The notes under the pieces: model-generated
Told to the model about the DNA's origin: nothing
The model's database searches: none
What the model saw: only the letters and a program-made list of their open reading frames with translations
Shown: in pieces, positions 10,335 to 17,478 of the stretch
How positions within the stretch are numbered: position 1 is the stretch's first letter
How the letters are laid out: each line of letters starts with the position of its first letter
DNA from: Kiloniellales bacterium
Lineage (GTDB): Bacteria; Pseudomonadota; Alphaproteobacteria; Kiloniellales; J153
Direction of reading: 5' to 3'
NCBI GenBank assembly: GCA_036444495.1
Contig: JAZGBC010000160.1
Span: 1-45,268 of the forward strand
Length of the DNA stretch: 45,268 bases
Position numbers and translations under genes: made by a program

Positions 10335-10346
10335 TCCCTCCTCGAT

Positions 10347-11309
10347 TCAAATTCCCACCGGGCCGGTAACCTGACCCGCGATTACCACCACGTAGCGCAG
10401 CAGGAAGCCGCCGATGAGCACCGCCACCGAGACGACGATGTCGACGTACCTCGGCGACGCGAACCCGCGGTGGTAGAGCAGCTCGGGAATCACGTAATAG
10501 AGCTCGATGAGCGCCGGGATCAGCAATCCGATCAGCACGACGCCCAACCAGAACAGCGGCGCCAAGTCGCCTCCCGGCAGGATGACGGACATCGCCTCCT
10601 TGACGTTGCCGATGGTCAACTGGGCGTACATGAGGAACAGGAAGATGACCATCAGCTCGAAGCCGATCAGCATCACGTCGGTCGCCGTCAGCAGATAGTC
10701 GCTCTCCTTGGCCGCCTGCTCGGCTTCCGGCGTGGACGTCCGGTGCAGAAGCGCCCGGAATAGCAGGATCACCGCAACCCCGGTGGAGATCGACGAGAGC
10801 ATGAACAGCAGCGCCAGGATGGGCGAGTTCCAGAACGGCCGCGCCGGCATGGCGCCCAGCAGGATGCCCGTGTAAATGGCGGTCGCGATGCCGAGCGGCA
10901 CGCTGACCCATGCCAGCATAACGCGCAGCGGCCTCTGCCACTCGCCCAGGAAGGGCGCGTTGGGCACGAAGGTATATGCGTAAGCCATGCTCACCATGAT
11001 GAAGAAGGAGAGCAGCCAGGTCCCGATGGACATGGGCGAGAGGTTGATCGTCATGTAGAGGTTGATCCAGCGGAACCAGTTTCCGACCTCGAAGGAACCC
11101 AGTTCGAAGATCAGCGCCAGGCAGCCAACCATCACCGGAAGCGGCGCGAGAAATGCCCCGTAGCGGGCGATCTCGACATGCGACCCGCCAAATCCGCCAC
11201 CGCCGCCGCGCAGCAGTACCGAAGCGCTCGCGGTCAGGGCCCCAGCGCCGACACCGGCCAGGAAAAGGTACAAGATGACGGGCATGCCCCAAGTCAGTTC
11301 GGCGGTCAT
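10347..11309 (-). CDS. NrfD/PsrC-type integral membrane quinol-interacting subunit
   Basis: 320 aa, about 8 hydrophobic helices. The N-terminus WGMPVILYLFLAGVGAG is characteristic of NrfD/PsrC. Confidence 0.8.
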   Translation of the reverse strand: MTAELTWGMPVILYLFLAGVGAGALTASASVLLRGGGGGFGGSHVEIARYGAFLAPLPVMVGCLALIFELGSFEVGNWFRWINLYMTINLSPMSIGTWLLSFFIMVSMAYAYTFVPNAPFLGEWQRPLRVMLAWVSVPLGIATAIYTGILLGAMPARPFWNSPILALLFMLSSISTGVAVILLFRALLHRTSTPEAEQAAKESDYLLTATDVMLIGFELMVIFLFLMYAQLTIGNVKEAMSVILPGGDLAPLFWLGVVLIGLLIPALIELYYVIPELLYHRGFASPRYVDIVVSVAVLIGGFLLRYVVVIAGQVTGPVGI

Positions 11310-11311
11310 GA

Positions 11312-12067
11312 CTACCTCCTTTCCGCTTGCCGGCGATGGGTCTCGATCCTGATGTACTCCCCATGCGCGTGCGAGGTATGCGGGTCGGAATGATCCGCGG
11401 CGATGTAAAAGACATTGGGTTGAGTGCCCATTTCCGGCCGCAACACGGTCACCGGATTATTGGCGATCATCCTGGAGATCTCGCTCTCGGGATCGTGCAG
11501 ATCACCGAAGATCCGCGCCCTGCCGATGCAGGTCTGCACACACGAGGGCTCCAGCCCCTTGGTGACGCGGTGCAGGCAGAAGTCGCACTTGTCAGCGGCG
11601 CCGGTCTTGGGGTTGAGGAAGCGGGCATCGTAGGGGCAGGCCTGGATGCAGTACTTGCACCCGATGCAGATATCGGGATCGATGACGACAATGCCGTCTT
11701 CCTTGCGCTTCCAGGTCGCGTTCGTGGGGCAGACGCTGACGCACTGCGGCTTGGAGCAGTGGTTGCACAGCCGCGGCAGGAAGCTGCGCCTCACGTTGGG
11801 ATAATCGCCCTTCTCGATGTATTCGACCCACGAGCGGTTGACGCCCAGGGGAACATCGAACTCGGCCTTGCAGGCGACGCTGCAGGCATGGCAGCCGATA
11901 CACCTGCGTAGGTCGATCAGCATTCCGTAATGAGGCTTGAGCGCCGTCACGGCTGCTCGCGTCGATTCGGCACCGGCCGCTACGCCCACGCCGGCCGCCG
12001 CGACGGCGGCCGTGCCCTTGAGAAACGCTCTGCGGTCGATCGAGGATGAATTATTTGGATCGGTCAC
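11312..12067 (-). CDS. Tat-signal 4Fe-4S ferredoxin-type electron-transfer subunit (TtrB/PsrB-like)
   Basis: 251 aa. DRRAFLKG twin-arginine motif and several CxxCxxCxxxCP clusters (CIGCHACSVACK, CNHCSKPQCVSVCP, CIGCKYCIQACP). Confidence 0.85.
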   Translation of the reverse strand: MTDPNNSSSIDRRAFLKGTAAVAAAGVGVAAGAESTRAAVTALKPHYGMLIDLRRCIGCHACSVACKAEFDVPLGVNRSWVEYIEKGDYPNVRRSFLPRLCNHCSKPQCVSVCPTNATWKRKEDGIVVIDPDICIGCKYCIQACPYDARFLNPKTGAADKCDFCLHRVTKGLEPSCVQTCIGRARIFGDLHDPESEISRMIANNPVTVLRPEMGTQPNVFYIAADHSDPHTSHAHGEYIRIETHRRQAERR

Positions 12068-12135
12068 GGCGGCCCCCTCGACTCTGCTTGGTTAGGGAAC
12101 ACCGGGACAAATCTCACTTTTCGTTGTTCGCCGCA

Positions 12136-12149
12136 TTGACCTGCATCAA
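12136..12149. promoter_or_regulatory. FNR/CRP-family box candidate upstream of the molybdoenzyme operon
   Basis: TTGAC-CTGC-ATCAA matches the FNR consensus TTGAT-N4-ATCAA at 9 of 10 positions. It is centred about 75 nt upstream of the 11312..12067 start codon. Confidence 0.4.
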
Positions 12150-12229
12150 GCCAACCTGACATCGGACGCAAGCCTGGGCTGCGCGGGGGACCTGGGTCGA
12201 AGGAGGGAGATGGGCGCCGAGCACGGCCC

Positions 12230-13477
12230 TCAGCCGGCGGTGATCATCTCGCGCAGCCGATCGAGGCATTCCTTCCTGCCGGGCGCAAAGCCCTGCTCGA
12301 CCCACCAGTCCTCGACCTCGTCGAGCAGGCGGCCCAGGTCGGGGCCTTCGGGCACGCCGAGGGCGAGCGCATCGGCGCCCTTGAGCGGAAAGGTCTTGCC
12401 GGCCAGGAACCCGGCCTCATCGAGCGCTCCCCACAGGGCCTCGCCGGGGAACTCCTCATCGCTCGCATGCGCCCGGGCCCAGGTCAGAAGCAGCAGGTCG
12501 CGATAGAGCGGCACGCCCAGCTCGTGCAGCAGGCGATGGCGGTCCCGCGGGGAAAGACCGGCCTCCGGCCGCCGCGGCGGGGCGGCCAGATTGAGCAGCG
12601 CATGACGCTGCCGGTTGGACAGGCGCAGCCGGTCCGCAATCCAGTCCGCGCCGCCGCGATCGGGCTTAATCACCGCCGTCAGGCGCAGGACCGGGTTGGG
12701 CGGCTCGCTCCCTATCTCGGCGCGCATCAGGGCCCGCAACGCCAGGGTATCGCCGGCAGCAGGCAAGACATGCTGCAGGATTCCCCTCTCCAGCATGACA
12801 TCCAGAACCGGCGCCGGATCGGACGCCAGGAAAAGCTTGAACAGCTCTTCGCGCACCCGTTCGCCCGACAGACGCTCCAGCTCGGGCGAGAGCTCCGACG
12901 CAATGTCCAACACCTCCGGCTCGGGCGGCTGCTTGCCGAAATGCGCCTGGAATCGGAAGAAGCGCAGTAGGCGCAGGTAGTCTTCCTCGATGCGCGCGCG
13001 CGCGTCCCCCACGAAGCGCACGCGCCCCGCCGCAAGGTCCGCCTCGCCCTCGAAGGGATCGTGGAGCGTGCCGTCGGGCGCGCAGGACAGGGCATTAAAG
13101 GTGAAATCCCGGCGCGCGGCGTCAGTCGTCCAGTCATCGGTGAACTCCACCTTGGCGTGGCGGCCATCGGTCTCCACGTCCTTGCGCAGGGTGGTGATCT
13201 CGAAGGGCTTGCCACGGGAAACCGCGGTCACCGTTCCGTGCGCCAGGCCGGTCGGCACCGCCTTGAGGCCCGCCGCGGCGAGCAGGCGCATGACCTCCTC
13301 GGGTGGCAGAGGGGTGGCGATATCCACGTCCTTGACCTGGCGCCCTATCAGGGCGTCGCGCACGCAGCCGCCCACGAAGCGCGCCTCCGCGCCCTCGGCG
13401 TTGAGCGCCTCGATCACCGCGTGGGTTTCCGGCGCACGCATCCAGTCTTGAACGGGAATCCTGCGAACCGGCGGCAT
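12230..13477 (-). CDS. cca: CCA tRNA nucleotidyltransferase / poly(A) polymerase family protein
   Basis: GGCVRD......KD.DIAT nucleotidyltransferase head motif and the RRDFTFNA block. I prefer the ATG at 13477 (MPPVRR). An ATG at 13441 is also possible. The track start at 13537 lies inside the repeat element. Confidence 0.8.
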   Translation of the reverse strand: MPPVRRIPVQDWMRAPETHAVIEALNAEGAEARFVGGCVRDALIGRQVKDVDIATPLPPEEVMRLLAAAGLKAVPTGLAHGTVTAVSRGKPFEITTLRKDVETDGRHAKVEFTDDWTTDAARRDFTFNALSCAPDGTLHDPFEGEADLAAGRVRFVGDARARIEEDYLRLLRFFRFQAHFGKQPPEPEVLDIASELSPELERLSGERVREELFKLFLASDPAPVLDVMLERGILQHVLPAAGDTLALRALMRAEIGSEPPNPVLRLTAVIKPDRGGADWIADRLRLSNRQRHALLNLAAPPRRPEAGLSPRDRHRLLHELGVPLYRDLLLLTWARAHASDEEFPGEALWGALDEAGFLAGKTFPLKGADALALGVPEGPDLGRLLDEVEDWWVEQGFAPGRKECLDRLREMITAG

Positions 13478-13493
13478 GGAACCCGGGGTCCTT

Positions 13494-13756
13494 ATACCAA
13501 GGAGCGCTGATAATGACCCGTAGAGACGGCTTCCCAAGGTTTTCGGCCAGGAGCGCGTGGTGCGGCGATGCGGGACATCGGAAGCCGCGCGCGACGCCGC
13601 CCGAAAGCCTTGGGAAGCCGCCGTTCCGGTCGCGCGGGCGATCCGCCGGAGGGCGTCGGAAAACCTTGCCGATGCACCACATCGCCTGCGGCTTCCCTCC
13701 TACCCGGCGGATCGCCCGCACGATCTCTATGGGTCATTATCAGCGCTCCTTGGTAT
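13494..13756. repeat. 263-bp MITE-like / intergenic mosaic element with 33-bp terminal inverted repeats
   Basis: 13494-13526 (ATACCAAGGAGCGCTGATAATGACCCGTAGAGA) is the reverse complement of 13724-13756 at 32 of 33 positions. There are two internal hairpins: 13527-13546 with 13601-13620 (19/20), and 13634-13649 with 13704-13719 (16/16). No ORF with protein-like composition inside. Confidence 0.75.
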
Positions 13757-14037
13757 TACTCGACGACCCGGCTGGGCTGAACCTGGCCGTCGATGAGCCG
13801 CGGGGATTCGAGCTTGGTGCCCGCCGGCACGCCGGTCATGAAGCGCCAGGTAAGCAGGGCCGCCAGAACCAGCCCGGCACCGCCGAGGATGACCCAGGGC
13901 CAGGGCCCCTCCTGCCAGCGAGGCAGCGAGGTCTCGCCCGCTATCTGCGCCCGGCGGCGCATGAGCGACATGTAACCGAAGTAGGCGATGAGCGGCAGCG
14001 CGATGGGTAGGACGATGGTGAGCAGAATGCGCAGCAT
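13756..14037 (-). CDS. small two-TM membrane protein (93 aa), function unknown
   Basis: MLRILLTIVLPIALPLIAYFGY... plus a second hydrophobic helix. The ATG at 14037 is 2 nt after the Nudix gene stop. The position between the Nudix gene and cca suggests an operon member. Confidence 0.5.
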   Translation of the reverse strand: MLRILLTIVLPIALPLIAYFGYMSLMRRRAQIAGETSLPRWQEGPWPWVILGGAGLVLAALLTWRFMTGVPAGTKLESPRLIDGQVQPSRVVE

Positions 14038-14039
14038 GA

Positions 14040-14714
14040 TTAGCCTCCCTGCCCGGGGGCGAGAATTTCCGCCAAGTTGACCAGCATCCCGGCGGTGGCG
14101 CCCCATATGTAATAGTCGCCGTAGGGGAAGGCATGGAAATAGCGCTCCTTGCCCTCGTAGAAGCGGCTATGGCGCTCGCAGTTGCCGGGATCGAGGAAAA
14201 AGCCCAGCGGCACCTCGAAGATCTCGGCTACCTCGAAGCTGTCGGGCGCCAGATCGAAGGGCGGTGTGACCAGCCCAACCACGGGCGTCACCTCGAAGCC
14301 GGTGCGCGTGACATAGGTATCGAGCCGTCCGATCAGGCGCACCCGATCCCGCGGCAGGCCCGTCTCCTCCTCGGTTTCGCGCAGCGCGGCTCCCTCGGGC
14401 CCATCGTCGCCCGTCTCGATCCGCCCGCCGGGAAAACTGATCTGCCCGGCGTGGTCGTCCAGGTGGTCGGTGCGCTGGGTCAGCAGCAGGGTCAGCTCCG
14501 CCTCGCGCTCGACGATGGGCACCAGCACCGCGGCATGTATAAGTGCCCGATCCGGCTCGTAGAAATCCGGGTTGAGGTCGTGGTCGCCGCGCGGCCGCCC
14601 ATCGGCCAACTCGGAGCTACGCCGCCCCGGCGCCGAGCCCTCCGTCAAACGGCGCTCGACCTCCGTCGCGCTCAGTCCGGGCTGCCGAGGGGAAAGAATG
14701 TCTCGTTGCTCCAT
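14040..14714 (-). CDS. Nudix hydrolase, CoA pyrophosphatase type
   Basis: Nudix box GQISFPGGRIETGDDGPEGAALRETEEETGL preceded by an LLTQR motif, typical of NudL-like CoA pyrophosphatases. Confidence 0.85.
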   Translation of the reverse strand: MEQRDILSPRQPGLSATEVERRLTEGSAPGRRSSELADGRPRGDHDLNPDFYEPDRALIHAAVLVPIVEREAELTLLLTQRTDHLDDHAGQISFPGGRIETGDDGPEGAALRETEEETGLPRDRVRLIGRLDTYVTRTGFEVTPVVGLVTPPFDLAPDSFEVAEIFEVPLGFFLDPGNCERHSRFYEGKERYFHAFPYGDYYIWGATAGMLVNLAEILAPGQGG

Positions 14715-15241
14715 ACACCTAAAACCGTCTTGGCCCCGTCCCGCCGCTCCTCGGCAAGTTCCACCAGGTGATAGTAGACCGAGCGCAGGATCAGCGCCTC
14801 CAACCCGTCCCGTACCAGGATATAGGGACTCGGCTCGCCGCTGTCAGGCGCCAGCGCGACCCGGATGGGATGCTGGGGCCCGGCTTCGACCCAATCATCC
14901 ACGTTGGTGCGGAACTTGAGCACCTGCCCCGGCCCGCTGCCGCCCGCGGAAAGTTCAACGGCCGTAAAGGGCGCATCGTCCACGATCACCCGGCCGCGCT
15001 CCACGGGGGTGACCAGCCAATAGTCCCCGTCGTCCTCGCGGCGCAGGACGCTGGAAAACAGCCTGACCAAGGCTTTGCGGCCGATCGGCGAGCCGCGATA
15101 GAACCAGGTCCCGTCGCGCGCGATGCGGATATCGAAGTCGCCGCAGAACGGCAAGGTTTCGGCCCCGGGCGGCTGGCCAGAAGGGTCCGAAATGCTTATG
15201 TTCTGCACATCGCTGGCCGGGCGTGACGAATCTTTGGTCAT
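14672..15241 (-). CDS. DUF1285 domain protein
   Basis: 189 aa. F.I..DG.W.Y.GSPI.R..LV.LF..VL and P.F..V blocks are typical of DUF1285. Conserved neighbour of the Nudix/cca genes in alphaproteobacteria. Confidence 0.7.
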   Translation of the reverse strand: MTKDSSRPASDVQNISISDPSGQPPGAETLPFCGDFDIRIARDGTWFYRGSPIGRKALVRLFSSVLRREDDGDYWLVTPVERGRVIVDDAPFTAVELSAGGSGPGQVLKFRTNVDDWVEAGPQHPIRVALAPDSGEPSPYILVRDGLEALILRSVYYHLVELAEERRDGAKTVLGVWSNETFFPLGSPD

Positions 15242-15281
15242 GGCCTGCCGTTTTTCACATCCATATCAGGAGCCGCACCGC

Positions 15282-16298
15282 GTGACAGCCAGCCCCACCG
15301 CATCCATCCAGGAAGCGCCCGACGCCAAGCTGGCCGACGAGATCGAGGCCCTCGGCCATCGCCTGAACGCCGTGCGCGAGAGCATCGGCCGGGTCATTTT
15401 CGGCCAACAGGCGGTAATCGATCAAACCCTTATCACGTTGCTCTCGGGCGGGCACGCGCTGGTTATCGGGGTGCCGGGCCTGGCCAAGACACTACTGGTG
15501 GAGACGCTGGGCACGGTTTTCGGTGTCGAGGACAAGCGCGTGCAGTGCACGCCGGACCTCATGCCCGCCGATATCCTGGGCTCGGAGGTGCTCGAGGAAA
15601 GCGAGACCGGGCGCCGCTCGTTCCGCTTTATTCCCGGGCCGGTCTTCTGTCAGCTTCTCATGGCCGACGAGATCAACCGCGCCAGCCCACGCACCCAATC
15701 CGCCCTGCTCCAGGCCATGCAGGAGCAGCGCATCACCGTGGCCGGCGAGACGCACGAGTTGCCCAGGCCCTTCCACGTGCTCGCGACCCAGAACCCGCTG
15801 GAGCTGGAAGGCACCTATCCGCTGCCCGAGGCGCAACTCGACCGCTTCCTGATGCAAATCGATATCGGCTATCCGGACCTTGAGGCCGAGCGCCGCATAC
15901 TGATCGAGACCACCGGCGCCGAGCAGGCCGAGGCCGTGCCGGTGATGTCAGCCGAGGAGTTGATGGCGGCCCAACGCCTGGTGCGCCGGATACCGGTCGG
16001 CGAAAAGGTGGTCGAGGCCATCCTGTCGCTCGTGCGCTCGGGCCGGCCCGAGGAAAGCGAGCTGCCGGAGGTGCGCGGCCAGGTCGCCTGGGGACCGGGA
16101 CCGCGCGCCAGCCAGTCGCTCATGTTGGCGATACGCGCCCGCGCCCTGCTCGACGGCCGCTTCGCGCCGTCCATCGACGACGTTCTAGCACTTACCGGCC
16201 CGGTACTGCGCCATCGCATGGCACTTAACTTCGCCGCGCGGGCCGAAGGCAACACCATCGACGGGATCATCGACCGGCTGTGTGCACCTTTCGCGTAA
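15282..16298 (+). CDS. MoxR-family AAA+ ATPase
   Basis: Walker A GVPGLAKT, Walker B LLMADEINRA, and the ATQNP.E.EGTYPLPEAQLDRF block. I prefer the GTG at 15282 (CAGGAG 8 nt upstream) over the ATG at 15240, which overlaps the divergent gene's start. Confidence 0.85.
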   Translation: MTASPTASIQEAPDAKLADEIEALGHRLNAVRESIGRVIFGQQAVIDQTLITLLSGGHALVIGVPGLAKTLLVETLGTVFGVEDKRVQCTPDLMPADILGSEVLEESETGRRSFRFIPGPVFCQLLMADEINRASPRTQSALLQAMQEQRITVAGETHELPRPFHVLATQNPLELEGTYPLPEAQLDRFLMQIDIGYPDLEAERRILIETTGAEQAEAVPVMSAEELMAAQRLVRRIPVGEKVVEAILSLVRSGRPEESELPEVRGQVAWGPGPRASQSLMLAIRARALLDGRFAPSIDDVLALTGPVLRHRMALNFAARAEGNTIDGIIDRLCAPFA

Positions 16299-16302
16299 GT
16301 CA

Positions 16303-16573
16303 TAGGGCCTGTGGACAATTGGGTTGCGGGCTTTGGTATGAGCGAAATCGTCAGGCTTCTAGGAGCGAGGACGAAGGACATGCCGGGCATATTCGAGGAC
16401 GAGCGACGCGGAAGCGGGGCGATTTCGCCATATCCCCTTGGGACGGGGCGCATTTGGGCCAGGGGCGGCGTCGAGCAAGACTTGTGGTGGTTGGCACCAC
16501 GGCGCCTTACTCTCCTGGCCCTGACCCAAATTCGCTCCCGCCAAAGCCGTAACCTAATTGTCCACAGACCCTA
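16303..16573. repeat. 271-bp MITE-like element with about 33-bp imperfect terminal inverted repeats flanked by TA
   Basis: 16303-16336 (TAGGGCCTGTGGACAATTGGGTTGCGGGCTTTGG) pairs with the reverse complement of 16541-16573 (TAGGGTCTGTGGACAATTAGGTTACGGCTTTGG): 3 mismatches and 1 indel. TA dinucleotides lie at both outer ends. It fills the moxR-DUF58 intercistronic gap. Confidence 0.7.
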
Positions 16574-16592
16574 GTTCAGGTTCGCGACGCCC

Positions 16593-17474
16593 ATGTCCGC
16601 CAGTCCGCTTTATCTAAGGCAGCGGGCCGAAACGCTCGCCGCCACCTTGCCGCCGCTTCTGGTCGCCGCCGAGCGGGTCGCCTCGACGGTGGCCCAGGGC
16701 GTGCACGGACGCCGGCGCGTCGGTCAGGGCGAGACCTTCTGGCAGTTCCGGGACTATGACTATGGCGATCAGCCGCAGTCCATCGACTGGCGCCAGTCGG
16801 CCAAGTCGGACCGCGTCTTCGTGCGCCAGATGGAGTGGGAGGCGGCACAGTCGGTCTGGATCTGGCGCGACACCTCGGGCTCCATGGACTGGCGCTCCAG
16901 CGAGACGCTGCCGCACAAGCGCGAACGCGCCGATCTTTTGGCCCTTGCGCTCGCCGGCCTGTTGCTGCGCGGCGGCGAGCACATTGCGCTGCTCGGCTCG
17001 GGCCTGCGCCCGGTCGGCGGCCGCACGGCACTCGGCCGCCTGTCGGCCCAGATGGAGCGGCAGGATGATTCCGGCCCCGACCTGCCGCCCGTGGTTCCCC
17101 TGCCGCGCAATGCGCAGGTCGTCTTCATCGGCGATTTCCTGGCTCCGCTGGATCAGGTCGACCGCATGGTCCGCGGCTATGGGGAAGCCGGCCTGAGCGG
17201 GTTCATGTTGCAAGTTCTGGATCCGGCCGAGGAAAGCCTGCCTTACGGCGGCCGTGTGCGCTTCGAAGGGCTCGAGGGCGAAGACTCCTGGCTCCTGTCG
17301 CGCGTCGAGTCGATACGCGGCGATTACAAGTCGCGGCTTCGGGCGCAACGCGCCGGGCTGCAGGCGATTGCGCGCAACGCACATTGGAACTTCGCCGTGC
17401 ACCACACGGATCGACCGCCGCAAGCGGCCTTGCTCACCCTCTATACGGCACTGGCACAGATACCGGGACGCTGA
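16593..17474 (+). CDS. DUF58 (vWA-like) protein, MoxR partner
   Basis: 293 aa. G...FWQFR.Y..GD....IDW..SAK......R..EWE motif is diagnostic of DUF58. It sits downstream of moxR. Confidence 0.8.
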   Translation: MSASPLYLRQRAETLAATLPPLLVAAERVASTVAQGVHGRRRVGQGETFWQFRDYDYGDQPQSIDWRQSAKSDRVFVRQMEWEAAQSVWIWRDTSGSMDWRSSETLPHKRERADLLALALAGLLLRGGEHIALLGSGLRPVGGRTALGRLSAQMERQDDSGPDLPPVVPLPRNAQVVFIGDFLAPLDQVDRMVRGYGEAGLSGFMLQVLDPAEESLPYGGRVRFEGLEGEDSWLLSRVESIRGDYKSRLRAQRAGLQAIARNAHWNFAVHHTDRPPQAALLTLYTALAQIPGR

Positions 17475-17478
17475 GGCA

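Noticed and set aside
9045-10763. 572-aa plus-strand ORF antisense to the molybdoenzyme A and C subunit genes; similar cases at 7731..8756 and 11327..11911
   Set aside because: Shadow ORFs opposite well-supported genes, with low-complexity composition.
12114-12305. 63-aa minus-strand ORF in the ttrB-like/cca intergenic region
   Set aside because: Short and Arg/Ala-rich. It overlaps the cca 3' end and the putative promoter/FNR box region.
15240-15281. ATG at 15240 as the moxR start
   Set aside because: It overlaps the divergent DUF1285 start codon and has no ribosome-binding site. GTG 15282, preceded by CAGGAG, gives a typical MoxR length. This remains uncertain.
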